DNA of 64,000 nt from an uncultured Muribaculaceae bacterium (lineage in GTDB: Bacteria; Bacillota_I; Bacilli_A; RF39; UBA660), in assembly GCA_964371025.1 (NCBI GenBank), contig CAYJKH010000004.1:46448-110447 (forward strand), written 5' to 3'. Every line of letters starts with the position of its first letter. The stretch's first letter is position 1. A program made the translations under genes and the position numbers. The notes beneath the pieces were generated by a model, which saw only the letters and a list, made by a program, of their open reading frames with translations, ran no database searches and was not told the DNA's origin. Shown one piece after another: positions 48,101 to 57,345 of this stretch.

Positions 48101-48788
48101 ATTTTTCCTCCTGTAACAATTTATAAGCTTTATATTTATTACTTTTAAGATATTTTTCTTTACATAAACACATTGAATCATCTCCAACATGTAGGATATG
48201 AGTAGCATACTTTATTGCATTATCAATATCGTGAGAAATCATAATAATAGTTTTTCCTTCTTTATGTAATTTTTCTAATATATTATACATTCCAACTTTA
48301 GCAGATGGATCTAAAGCATTAATCGGCTCATCTAAGACTAATATATTATCATTTAAACATAATGCACGAGCCAGTAATACTTTTTGTTTTTCACCGCCAC
48401 TTAAATCTTTAAATTGTTTATTTACTAGTTTTGAAATATTTAGTTTCTTTAAAATTTCAATAACTTTTTCTTTTTCAGATTTTTTATAAAACAATTTAAA
48501 ATTACCACTACTTTGAAACCCAGTTAATACTACTTCCATAACAGTAGCAGGAAAATTTTGTCCAATATTATTTTGTTGAGGAAGATATCCTATTTTTAGA
48601 TTATTAGTCTTAATTTCTCCACTAAGGGGCTTTAATAGTCCAATAATTGTTTTAATCAAAGTAGATTTACCACTTCCATTTTCTCCTAAAATAACTAAAA
48701 ACTCATTATCATTAATAGTTAAATTAATGTTTTTTAAAATTACTTTATCATATCCAACGCTTAAATTTTCACATACAATCTTTTCCAT
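48090..48788 (-). CDS. znuC: Metal ABC importer ATP-binding protein
   Basis: Walker A GENGSGKST, signature LSGGEKQK, Walker B ILVLDEP. I prefer the start MEKIVCENL (48788). Confidence 0.85.
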   Translation of the reverse strand: MEKIVCENLSVGYDKVILKNINLTINDNEFLVILGENGSGKSTLIKTIIGLLKPLSGEIKTNNLKIGYLPQQNNIGQNFPATVMEVVLTGFQSSGNFKLFYKKSEKEKVIEILKKLNISKLVNKQFKDLSGGEKQKVLLARALCLNDNILVLDEPINALDPSAKVGMYNILEKLHKEGKTIIMISHDIDNAIKYATHILHVGDDSMCLCKEKYLKSNKYKAYKLLQEEKYDR

Positions 48789-48789
48789 A

Positions 48790-49752
48790 TTAATTACCAC
48801 TTAAAGCTTTCTTAATAACTTCTAAATTATCTTCCATAACTGATAAATAACTAGTATTTTTTAAGTCGCTTTCTTTTATACTTTGTAAAGAATTTAAAGT
48901 TAATATCTGAACTTTTTCTTTAGCAGCATTATTTATCGCTTCTGGAATATTGTGATTGCGATCTGTTAAATCAATAATATATGAAATTCCATTATTTATT
49001 TCATCACTTAATTCTTTAATAACCTCAAAACTTGCTTCACTTTCTGTAGAACATCCACTTAAAGCGCTATGAACTTTTATATCATAATCATTTGTTAAAT
49101 AAACAAAAGGGAATCTATCGCCAAAAAGTAAAGTATCTTCCCTACTTTCACTAATTGTTTTAGCATACTCTTCTTCTAATTCTTTAATTTTATTTATATA
49201 TAAATCACGATTTTCTTCATATAATTTACTATTAGCTTCATCTATTTTAATTATACTATTTGTTATATCATTAACAAATATTTCAGCATTCATTAAAGAT
49301 AGCCAAACATGTTCATCATAATGTCCAATATCATTAGAATGTTCATGCTCATCATGATTTTCTTCTTCGTGGTGTTCGTGCTCTTCAATGATTGCTTTAT
49401 CTCCTAAAATAGATAATAAATTAACTACTTCGATATCTTTATTTTTACTTGTTTCTAAAACATCATAAACCCATTCTTCACTTTCACCACCAACATAAAC
49501 AAATAAATCAGCATTATTAATAGCTACTATATCTTCTGTTGTTGCTTGATAGCTATGAAAATCAATTCCAGTATCTCCAAGAAGGGTTATTTCAATATTA
49601 TCACTACCATTAGTTATTTCATTTATCCAATCATATGTTGGATATATCGTTGTTACAATACTTAGTTTATCATTATTTTCCTTATCATTAGAACATCCTG
49701 TTACTAATATTATTAAACAGATAATTGATAACATATTTATTATTTTTTTCAT
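48790..49752 (-). CDS. znuA: Metal-binding lipoprotein of the ABC importer with a His-rich loop (zinc type)
   Basis: Signal/lipobox MKKIINMLSIICLIILVTGCS. His/Glu-rich insertion EEHEHHEEENHDEHEHSNDIGHYDEH, typical of ZnuA/AdcA. The ORF-track N-terminal extension (to 49848) was rejected. Confidence 0.8.
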   Translation of the reverse strand: MKKIINMLSIICLIILVTGCSNDKENNDKLSIVTTIYPTYDWINEITNGSDNIEITLLGDTGIDFHSYQATTEDIVAINNADLFVYVGGESEEWVYDVLETSKNKDIEVVNLLSILGDKAIIEEHEHHEEENHDEHEHSNDIGHYDEHVWLSLMNAEIFVNDITNSIIKIDEANSKLYEENRDLYINKIKELEEEYAKTISESREDTLLFGDRFPFVYLTNDYDIKVHSALSGCSTESEASFEVIKELSDEINNGISYIIDLTDRNHNIPEAINNAAKEKVQILTLNSLQSIKESDLKNTSYLSVMEDNLEVIKKALSGN

Positions 49753-49795
49753 ATTTTTCTCCATTCTTTTATAATTTATTATATCATATAATAAT

Positions 49796-51754
49796 TTATA
49801 TAGATTTATTTTTTTGATCCTGATACTTAACTCTAATATATTCAACATTATAAATTTTTTTAGATTTTTCTATATTAGAATCGTATTGAGATGCTACATA
49901 ATCTTTATCAAGTGCAAAAATATAAAGATCTTCCTTTTCCTCTTTATATTTATTAGTAATTACTAAACAAATCCCTAACTCTAATTTTTCAGCAGTTTTC
50001 AAATGATTTTTTTTCACTTTATCATAACATAATATAAATCGTGGTTTTGGTTTAACTAATTCATTAGAATCGTTACAATAATCAATAGTATCAAATATAA
50101 TTTCATTATATGAACTCCCGCTCCTAATTATATTTTTAGGATTCATAATTTTATTTGGTTTATCCGTAAAACTAGCACCTTGTTTGTATGATGAAAATGA
50201 ATCAACTGGATAAGCATGACTAAGTCTTTTCATATTAAAATCAGTATACACCAATGTATACATATCTTGAGGATCATGGTAAGTAGTTAATTTTTCATTT
50301 CCAATGTAACTAAAGCAGCCACTTTTTCTTTCAGCCTCTATTAATTTTTCATTTCCAGGGCTCGATGTATGTGTAGTAGTTGATTTAACTAAGGCTCTAA
50401 ACGGTTTACCATCTAAAACTAAAAAATCTAATCCTGTTTGAGCAGATAATTCCAAATTTTTGTATTCGAGAATATTCGTATCATTAATCATTTCGTGTTT
50501 CATTTTATGATAAGCGTTATTTTTAGCCCCTCTAACATTATCATAAAATTTTTCAATTTGTTCTTCCTTATTCAACTCTTCATGTAAATTAATTATTGTA
50601 TTAAAATCATATAATTTTATATGATTAATTTTATTATACATATCTAAATCTTTTTTACTTATTATATCATCTGGTATAGATAAATTATATGTTAGTAATT
50701 CATCAGTATCTCTTAAAACATTTGTTAAAGTATCCTCAAAATGATAATCAATAATCATTTCAGATAAAACCAATTTAGTATCTAATTGCAAATATTCTTT
50801 TATAGCATTTTCTCCTAGTTTTACTATTTGTAAAAGAGGTTCTACCAAATTATTAAACTCACCTTTTACTGTAATCTCACTTTTATTAATTAAATATTCA
50901 TTAAGCATTTCCCTATTAACCCCATAGTTATTTTCTTTTATAAATGAAAATAACTCAGAGTATAAAGAAAACATTTCATTTTCTTTATCTAAAGTAGTTA
51001 TAAGTTTATTAACAAACTTTTTTCTTTCATTTTCAATGCCAGTAGCATCATTATTTACCATTAAATTATTAGCTGCATACCTATAAACTGATGAATTATA
51101 AGTGTGGGTAACTCTATTAATAACATCTTTATTATCTAACATAAATATAGGCAAAATATATGGGTCTTTTGCTAAACTATTATAATCAAATTTTTGAATT
51201 ACTGATAAGCTACTAGCATCAATCATATTATTTAATATATGGTCAATAGTTTCTTTTTTTAAAGAAAAGATTATATTTGCAAGTTCTTGATTAGAAAATT
51301 CATTATTATCCAAAACATAAATTTGTGTTTCTGAAAGAACTTGTTTAATTATTTCTACTATATTTTCATTATTTGTAGCTTTTAGGTATTTATAGTAATT
51401 GTTAAAAGCACTAGCCTCTAAATTATAAAAATAATCACCTGTAATTTCACGATTATTAGCTATTAAATAGCAAAAATTATCATTTAAGAACAAATCAAAT
51501 AATCCCTCATTTTTTGAAGTTAACATTGCATTAATATAACTTACTAGAAAAGGAATATCTGTCATTTCATTGATAGTATCATTATTCATAAATGCTAGTA
51601 TACTATCTTTATTAAATTCACAAAAAAATGAATTAAGGATATATTTATTATCCTTATCTAAAATAATGTCTCTTACTTTTTTTTCTTTATAAAATATTTT
51701 CTTTTCTTCTACACTTAATTTTCTATCTATCTTTTTTAATTTTTCATAATTCAT
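49796..51754 (-). CDS. Large cytoplasmic protein of unknown function (652 aa)
   Basis: AGAGGT RBS. Long uninterrupted ORF with no TM segment or signal peptide. No motif recognised. Confidence 0.6.
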   Translation of the reverse strand: MNYEKLKKIDRKLSVEEKKIFYKEKKVRDIILDKDNKYILNSFFCEFNKDSILAFMNNDTINEMTDIPFLVSYINAMLTSKNEGLFDLFLNDNFCYLIANNREITGDYFYNLEASAFNNYYKYLKATNNENIVEIIKQVLSETQIYVLDNNEFSNQELANIIFSLKKETIDHILNNMIDASSLSVIQKFDYNSLAKDPYILPIFMLDNKDVINRVTHTYNSSVYRYAANNLMVNNDATGIENERKKFVNKLITTLDKENEMFSLYSELFSFIKENNYGVNREMLNEYLINKSEITVKGEFNNLVEPLLQIVKLGENAIKEYLQLDTKLVLSEMIIDYHFEDTLTNVLRDTDELLTYNLSIPDDIISKKDLDMYNKINHIKLYDFNTIINLHEELNKEEQIEKFYDNVRGAKNNAYHKMKHEMINDTNILEYKNLELSAQTGLDFLVLDGKPFRALVKSTTTHTSSPGNEKLIEAERKSGCFSYIGNEKLTTYHDPQDMYTLVYTDFNMKRLSHAYPVDSFSSYKQGASFTDKPNKIMNPKNIIRSGSSYNEIIFDTIDYCNDSNELVKPKPRFILCYDKVKKNHLKTAEKLELGICLVITNKYKEEKEDLYIFALDKDYVASQYDSNIEKSKKIYNVEYIRVKYQDQKNKSI

Positions 51755-51827
51755 ATACTTACCTCTAACATATAAATTATATCATATCTCATCAATTATA
51801 AACTAGATTAAAATATTTATAAGTAAA

Positions 51828-51863
51828 TCAAAAGACTAAAACTATTCCAAATAATTTTAGTCT
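51828..51863 (-). terminator. Terminator downstream of ppdK
   Basis: AGACTAAAA (51833-51841) / TTTTAGTCT (51855-51863). On the minus strand it is followed by TTTGATTT. The loop is 13 nt. Confidence 0.5.
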
Positions 51864-51869
51864 ATATAT

Positions 51870-54491
51870 TTAAATAATATGTTCTAGTGCTGCTTGAGCT
51901 GCTGCTAGTCTTGCTATTGGTACTCGGTATGGAGAACAAGATACATATTCAAGTCCTATGTCATTAAAGAACTCAATACTAGAAGGATCTCCTCCATGTT
52001 CACCACATACTCCTAAGTGAATTTTTTTATTAGTAGTTTTAGCTAATTTTACGGAATTTTTAACTAACTGTCCTACTCCTTCTTGATCAAGTTTAGCAAA
52101 TGGATCATTTTCTAATATTTTATTTTGATAATAACTATCTAAAAATTTAGTAGCATCATCTCTTGAATATCCATATGCCATTTGAGTTAAATCATTAGTT
52201 CCAAATGAGAAGAAATCAGCATGTTCTGCTATTTTATCAGCAATAATTGTTGCTCTTGGTATTTCGATCATTGTTCCTACTAAATATTTTATTTTAGTAG
52301 TTTTTTCTTTTTGAATTAAATCAGCTTCTTGATTAACTATATCTTTTACAAATGTTAATTCATTAACTGTTCCTACTAACGGAATCATTATTTCGGGTAC
52401 TATATTAATACCTTCTTCATTATTAACCTCAATTGCAGCCTCAATAATAGCTCTTGTTTGCATTTTAGCGATTTCTGGATAAGTGATTGATAAACGACAG
52501 CCTCTATGTCCCATCATTGGATTAAACTCATGTAATTCACTACATTTAGATTTAATGTCTTCTACTGATATATTCATCTCTTTTGATAATTCTACTATAT
52601 CCTCTTCTTTACTTGGTAAAAATTCATGTAATGGTGGATCTAGATATCTTACAGTCATTGGTTTTTCTTTAACTGCTTTATACATGTTTTTAAAATCATC
52701 CTTTTGAAATGGAATTAATTCATTTAGGGCATCAATTCTAGTTTTTTCATCACTTGCTAAAATCATTTTTCTAATTTTTATAATTCTACTTTTATCAAAA
52801 AACATATGCTCAGTACGGCAAAGTCCAATTCCTTCAGCACCGAGCTCCAATGCTTTATTAGTATCTGTTGGATTATCAGCATTTGCTCTAATTCCTAAAG
52901 TTCTAACTGAATCTGCCCACTCCATTATTTTGCTAAAGTTACCTGATATTTTTGCTTCTTCTGTTTTAATATTTCCTTGATATATTTTACCAGTTGAACC
53001 ATCTAGGGAAATATAATCATCTTTAGTAAAGGTTATATTTCCTAAAGTAAACTCTTCTTTTTCTTCATTAATTTTTATATCATCACAACCTGATACACAA
53101 CAAGTTCCCATACCACGAGCAACAACTGCTGCATGAGATGTCATTCCTCCTCGAACTGTTAAAATCCCTTGACTGGCATGCATTCCTTCAATATCTTCAG
53201 GAGATGTTTCAAGTCTTACTAAAATTACTTTTTCTCCTTTTTGACCACGTTTTTTAGCATCATCGGCATTAAATGAAATCCTACCAGATGCAGCACCAGG
53301 AGATGCCGCAAGTCCACTTCCAATTTCTTTGGCTTCTTTTATAGCATTCATATCAAATGTTGGATGAAGTAATTGATCAAGAGATTTAGCATCTATTTTT
53401 AATACTGCTTCATTTTTAGTAATTAATTTCTCATCAACCATATCACATGCTATTTGAAGAGCTGCTTGGGCTGTTCTTTTACCGTTTCTTGTTTGTAAGA
53501 AATATAGGGTTTTATCTTCAATAGTAAACTCCATATCTTGCATATCTTTATAATGTTTTTCTAATTTTTTAGCAATTGTTACAAATTGTTCATAAACTTC
53601 AGGCATGTCTTCTTGTAATTTTTCAATTTTTTGAGGTGTTCTAACTCCTGCTACAACATCTTCTCCTTGAGCATTAATTAAATATTCTCCATATATTTTA
53701 TTTTCTCCAGTTGATGGATTTCTAGTAAATGCTACTCCTGTTCCAGAAGTATTACCCATATTTCCAAATACCATTGATTGGATATTAACAGCAGTTCCCC
53801 AACTAGCGGGAATATCATTCATTCTTCTATAAACTACTGCTCGATTATTTTCCCAAGAATTAAACACCGCTTTTACTGCTCCTAGTAATTGAGTTTTAGC
53901 ATCATTCGGAAATTCTTCTCCTTTATTATCTTTATAAATACCTTTAAAAAGTCTAACTAACTCTTTTAAATCATCCACTGTAAGATCTGTATCATTTTTA
54001 ATATTACGCTTTTCTTTTACTTCATCAATTATTTTTTCAAAGTAAGACTTTTTAACATCCATTACAACATCAGCATACATTTGAATAAATCTACGGTATG
54101 AATCATAGGCAAATCTTTCATTATTAGTCTTTATCGCTAAAGCTTTAACTACTTCATCATTAAGTCCTAAATTTAGGATAGTATCCATCATTCCTGGCAT
54201 TGAAGCACGAGATCCACTTCTTACTGATACAAGTAAAGGATTATTTATATCTCCAAACTTTTTATTAGTTATTTTCTCTAATTTTTCAATGTTTTCATAT
54301 ATTTCTTTTTCAATTGATTCTTTAATTTTCTTATTTTCTTTATAATAATCTAAACAAGCATCAGTTGATATAGTAAATCCTTGGGGAATTGGTAGTCCTA
54401 AATTAGTCATTTCTGCTAAGTTAGCACCTTTTCCTCCAAGTATATTTTTCATATTTTTATTACCTTCATTAAATAAGTATACAAATTTCAT
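51870..54491 (-). CDS. ppdK: Pyruvate, phosphate dikinase
   Basis: 873 aa. ATP-grasp N-terminus (GGKGANLAEM), phosphohistidine motif GGMTSHAAVVARGMG, PEP-utilising C-terminus (GICRTEHMF-like LCRTEHMF, FFSFGTNDLTQ). Confidence 0.95.
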   Translation of the reverse strand: MKFVYLFNEGNKNMKNILGGKGANLAEMTNLGLPIPQGFTISTDACLDYYKENKKIKESIEKEIYENIEKLEKITNKKFGDINNPLLVSVRSGSRASMPGMMDTILNLGLNDEVVKALAIKTNNERFAYDSYRRFIQMYADVVMDVKKSYFEKIIDEVKEKRNIKNDTDLTVDDLKELVRLFKGIYKDNKGEEFPNDAKTQLLGAVKAVFNSWENNRAVVYRRMNDIPASWGTAVNIQSMVFGNMGNTSGTGVAFTRNPSTGENKIYGEYLINAQGEDVVAGVRTPQKIEKLQEDMPEVYEQFVTIAKKLEKHYKDMQDMEFTIEDKTLYFLQTRNGKRTAQAALQIACDMVDEKLITKNEAVLKIDAKSLDQLLHPTFDMNAIKEAKEIGSGLAASPGAASGRISFNADDAKKRGQKGEKVILVRLETSPEDIEGMHASQGILTVRGGMTSHAAVVARGMGTCCVSGCDDIKINEEKEEFTLGNITFTKDDYISLDGSTGKIYQGNIKTEEAKISGNFSKIMEWADSVRTLGIRANADNPTDTNKALELGAEGIGLCRTEHMFFDKSRIIKIRKMILASDEKTRIDALNELIPFQKDDFKNMYKAVKEKPMTVRYLDPPLHEFLPSKEEDIVELSKEMNISVEDIKSKCSELHEFNPMMGHRGCRLSITYPEIAKMQTRAIIEAAIEVNNEEGINIVPEIMIPLVGTVNELTFVKDIVNQEADLIQKEKTTKIKYLVGTMIEIPRATIIADKIAEHADFFSFGTNDLTQMAYGYSRDDATKFLDSYYQNKILENDPFAKLDQEGVGQLVKNSVKLAKTTNKKIHLGVCGEHGGDPSSIEFFNDIGLEYVSCSPYRVPIARLAAAQAALEHII

Positions 54492-54559
54492 ATATCCTCC
54501 TTATACTATAATAAATATATCAATAATTAGAAAATTATACAAGAAAAAAAGTATATCAG

Positions 54560-55039
54560 TTATGATATACCATTTATCAAAATTAAGATTAGTAACAAAA
54601 CTCCTAAAGATAAAATTAAAAATATAAAAATAGTCATCAAAAGAGAAATAATTATAGTATTTTTAATTTTTTTATTACTAGGGTTAATTAATTTATTTTT
54701 TGAAAATAATAATAATATATTTAAGAATGGGTAAAATAAATTACTTAAAATAATATAAACATACGACTTATTTAAATATGTTAATAATAATGAGTTAATT
54801 CCTAATATAATTAAAATGAATAAAAACACTCCTACATAAGGTATAAATATGGATAATAATCCAAATAAGATTAACGGATTGATATTAATAATTCTAGACA
54901 CACACACTAGATTATAAATGGGAATTAGACTTTTATAAGCCTTAATTCCTATATCTTTGAATACTTTATATAGACTTATTACATAAATAAGATAAATTAT
55001 AATAATACTACTAATAATTATAATATTAAAAGTATCTAT
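54560..55039 (-). CDS. DUF5684-like small membrane protein with uncertain non-canonical start
   Basis: The frame is open from just after the trxA stop (55045) down to 54560. The conserved-looking FKDIGIKAYKSLIPIYN motif and the first TM lie upstream of the only canonical start (GTG 54907). The candidate start is ATA 55039, preceded by AGGT. Confidence 0.45.
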   Translation of the reverse strand: MDTFNIIIISSIIIIYLIYVISLYKVFKDIGIKAYKSLIPIYNLVCVSRIININPLILFGLLSIFIPYVGVFLFILIILGINSLLLTYLNKSYVYIILSNLFYPFLNILLLFSKNKLINPSNKKIKNTIIISLLMTIFIFLILSLGVLLLILILINGIS

Positions 55040-55047
55040 TTTTATAC

Positions 55048-55341
55048 CTACTCACTTTTACTAAATTCTTCTATTTCTTCTTTTGATAAAATACCACCAG
55101 TTTTAGCAATTAATTTATCATTTTTAAAAAGTAATATAGAAGGTACTGAAAATACTTTATATTCTTTTGCTAAATCAACGTTTTCATCAACATCAATTTT
55201 ATAAATATCAATAGTATCTATCTCTTCTAAAGTAGGGGTTATCATTTTACAAGGTCCGCACCAAGTAGCAGAAAACACCACTAAAACTTTATCTTTTTTT
55301 ATTACTTCTAAGAATTCATTTTTATTATTTATTATTTTCAT
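55048..55341 (-). CDS. trxA: Thioredoxin
   Basis: Active site WCGPCK. 97 aa. Confidence 0.9.
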   Translation of the reverse strand: MKIINNKNEFLEVIKKDKVLVVFSATWCGPCKMITPTLEEIDTIDIYKIDVDENVDLAKEYKVFSVPSILLFKNDKLIAKTGGILSKEEIEEFSKSE

Positions 55342-55350
55342 ATAAATCTC

Positions 55351-56067
55351 CTATTCATATTTTTTTAATATATTATCTAAGTTTGATACATTATCTAATT
55401 TTTCTTTTTCTTCTAATACTTTTACTGTTTCAACATTAGTTATTTCATATTTTAATAACATATCCATTAATTGATTATCAGCTTCTATATTAGTAATTTT
55501 TTCATCCTGAATATTATTTGTTAATTCATAAACTTCATCGATTGGTTCAATTACTTTATTAGTTTTATCTGATAAGAATAAACTATCATGAATTATATAG
55601 TCTATTACTTTGCTTTCACGATATAAATCAATATTTCCTAGTGGAATGGCAAGTAATAATAAAACTACAAATATAACAATATATCCTTCTACTAATCCAA
55701 TTAAAAATCCAATTATTTTAGAAGGTATTTGTAAAATAATTGTCATATCTACTAGTTTTTGTAAAATCCCTGTGATTGCTAATATTATAGAAAAAACAAA
55801 GTATAAACCACCAAATACTAGTAAAAATCCTACTAATCGATACATTAATATATTAAGAGAGTCTATTCCTTCAAAACTTCCCCAAAAATTAGAAAATGGT
55901 AAGTATGTACTTAAAATGTTACTTAATTCTTTTGAAAATGTAAATCCTAAGTAAAATACTATAATTGTTCCAATAATTGAAATAGCTCCTTTTATAGCAC
56001 CTTTTTTAAGTCCTACTAGCCCACTCATAATTATTAATAATATTACTCCAATATCAAAAACATTCAT
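55351..56067 (-). CDS. cvpA: CvpA-family membrane protein
   Basis: N-terminus MNVFDIGVILLIIMSGLVGLKKG plus four TM segments is typical of the colicin V production protein family. Has a soluble C-terminal extension. Confidence 0.7.
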   Translation of the reverse strand: MNVFDIGVILLIIMSGLVGLKKGAIKGAISIIGTIIVFYLGFTFSKELSNILSTYLPFSNFWGSFEGIDSLNILMYRLVGFLLVFGGLYFVFSIILAITGILQKLVDMTIILQIPSKIIGFLIGLVEGYIVIFVVLLLLAIPLGNIDLYRESKVIDYIIHDSLFLSDKTNKVIEPIDEVYELTNNIQDEKITNIEADNQLMDMLLKYEITNVETVKVLEEKEKLDNVSNLDNILKKYE

Positions 56068-56141
56068 AAAAATTCCTCCTTGATTATTTATAGTATAAAC
56101 TATTTTTTAAAAATATGCTATAATTATTTAAGAGGTGTATT

Positions 56142-57047
56142 ATGAATATAGTTATTAAAGTTGATGAAGAAACAAAAGCAAAAATGATTGAATATTATAA
56201 AGACAAAAAAAGAGATAAAGAAATCCCTTATGTTGTTTTTCAAGCAGATGAAGAAGATACTGTAATTACAATGTATACTTCAAATAAAGTAATGTTCCAA
56301 GGACTATCAGCAGATGTTGATGCTTCGATGTGGGGAATTGCCGTTGATCAAGCCAAAGAAAAAAATGAAGTTATTAAAGATATGACTTATTATAATATAT
56401 CATCAGTTGGATCTGATGAAGTTGGTACGGGAGACTATTTTGGACCAATTGTTGTTAGTGCAGCCTACGTTAAAAAAGAAGAAATTAAATTTTTAGAAGA
56501 TTTAGGAGTGGCTGATTCAAAAAAATTAAATGATGAGAAGATTTTAAAAATTGCTCCACTAATTGCAAAACAAATTAAATATAAAAGCACTATTTTATCT
56601 AATAAAGAATATAATGAAAAGTATTCTAAAAATGTAAATATGAATAAGATTAAAGCTCTTTTACATAATAAAGTATTACTGGAGTTAACTAATGAAATAG
56701 ATGACAAATATGATTTAATTATAATTGATGAGTTTGCTCGTGAAAACCGTTATTATGAGTATTTAAGTGATTGTAGTGAAGTTAAAAGAGGTTTAACTTT
56801 TCTAACTAAAGCGGAAGATAAAAATTTAGCAGTAGCAGCTGCTAGTATTATATCTAGATATATATTTTTAAAAGAATTTGATAAACTATCAGATAGTGTT
56901 GCTCTTCCTCTTCCAAAAGGTGCAGGTGTTGAGGTTGATAAAATTGGAGAAGAACTAGTAGAAAAATATAATGAAGATAAACTAAAAGATGTTGCTAAAT
57001 TAAACTTTAAAAATACAGATCGTATTTTACATACTATGATATATTAA
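56142..57047 (+). CDS. rnhC: Ribonuclease HIII
   Basis: N-terminal about 80-aa substrate-binding domain, then the catalytic GSDEVGTGDYFGP and IIDEFA motifs. 301 aa. Confidence 0.85.
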   Translation: MNIVIKVDEETKAKMIEYYKDKKRDKEIPYVVFQADEEDTVITMYTSNKVMFQGLSADVDASMWGIAVDQAKEKNEVIKDMTYYNISSVGSDEVGTGDYFGPIVVSAAYVKKEEIKFLEDLGVADSKKLNDEKILKIAPLIAKQIKYKSTILSNKEYNEKYSKNVNMNKIKALLHNKVLLELTNEIDDKYDLIIIDEFARENRYYEYLSDCSEVKRGLTFLTKAEDKNLAVAAASIISRYIFLKEFDKLSDSVALPLPKGAGVEVDKIGEELVEKYNEDKLKDVAKLNFKNTDRILHTMIY

Positions 57048-57072
57048 AAAGACAAGGAAACTTGTCTTTTTT
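57048..57072. terminator. Bidirectional terminator (rnhC / small minus-strand gene)
   Basis: AAAGACAAG (57048-57056) / CTTGTCTTT (57061-57069), GAAA loop, T-run. Confidence 0.75.
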
Positions 57073-57256
57073 AGTGTTCTTCAAATCTTAAATATTTCTT
57101 TGTTTTTACTTCCTCTTTTTGAAGTAATAAAAATAGTTCATTTTCACACTGTTCACATATAATATTACTTTTAACTTCACTATACTCTTCTTTTACTTTT
57201 TTTAATAATATTATTGATCCTCTTCTTATACTTTTACTCCATACTTTTTCTATCAT
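57071..57256 (-). CDS. Hypothetical small protein (61 aa) with a CxxC pair
   Basis: The AGAGGT RBS favours ATG 57256 (MIEKVWSK...). Contains CEQCENE. No family recognised. Confidence 0.4.
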   Translation of the reverse strand: MIEKVWSKSIRRGSIILLKKVKEEYSEVKSNIICEQCENELFLLLQKEEVKTKKYLRFEEH

Positions 57257-57345
57257 ATTTCGTACCTCTATTTTAGTATAACATAAATCCAAAAAATACT
57301 ATGTTTTTTTTAAATATATGATATATTTATATTATAGGAGGAAAA

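Noticed and set aside
49770-49800. 31-bp near-perfect palindrome (15-bp arms, one mismatch) just upstream of the znuA-like gene, as a possible Zur/AdcR operator
   Set aside because: It consists almost solely of A/T, so chance palindromes of this quality are expected in this genome. It matches neither the Zur-box nor the AdcR consensus that I know. It also overlaps the stop of the upstream ORF.
49753-49848. N-terminal extensions proposed by the ORF track (znuA-like to 49848, znuB-like to 48208, xseA to 29461, hrcA to 63457, mnmA to 25645, tmk to 38415, rarA to 18954, HNH protein from 9623)
   Set aside because: In each case a strong Shine-Dalgarno sequence precedes an internal ATG. That ATG also gives the family-typical N-terminus or signal peptide, and the extensions overlap upstream genes or lack an RBS.
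49796-51754. Possible R-S-E ADP-ribosyltransferase signature (FRALVKSTTT ... YNEIIF) in the 652-aa ORFan
   Set aside because: The Arg and STT elements are only 5 residues apart instead of tens of residues. The third motif also lacks the Q/E-x-E form. The resemblance is coincidental.
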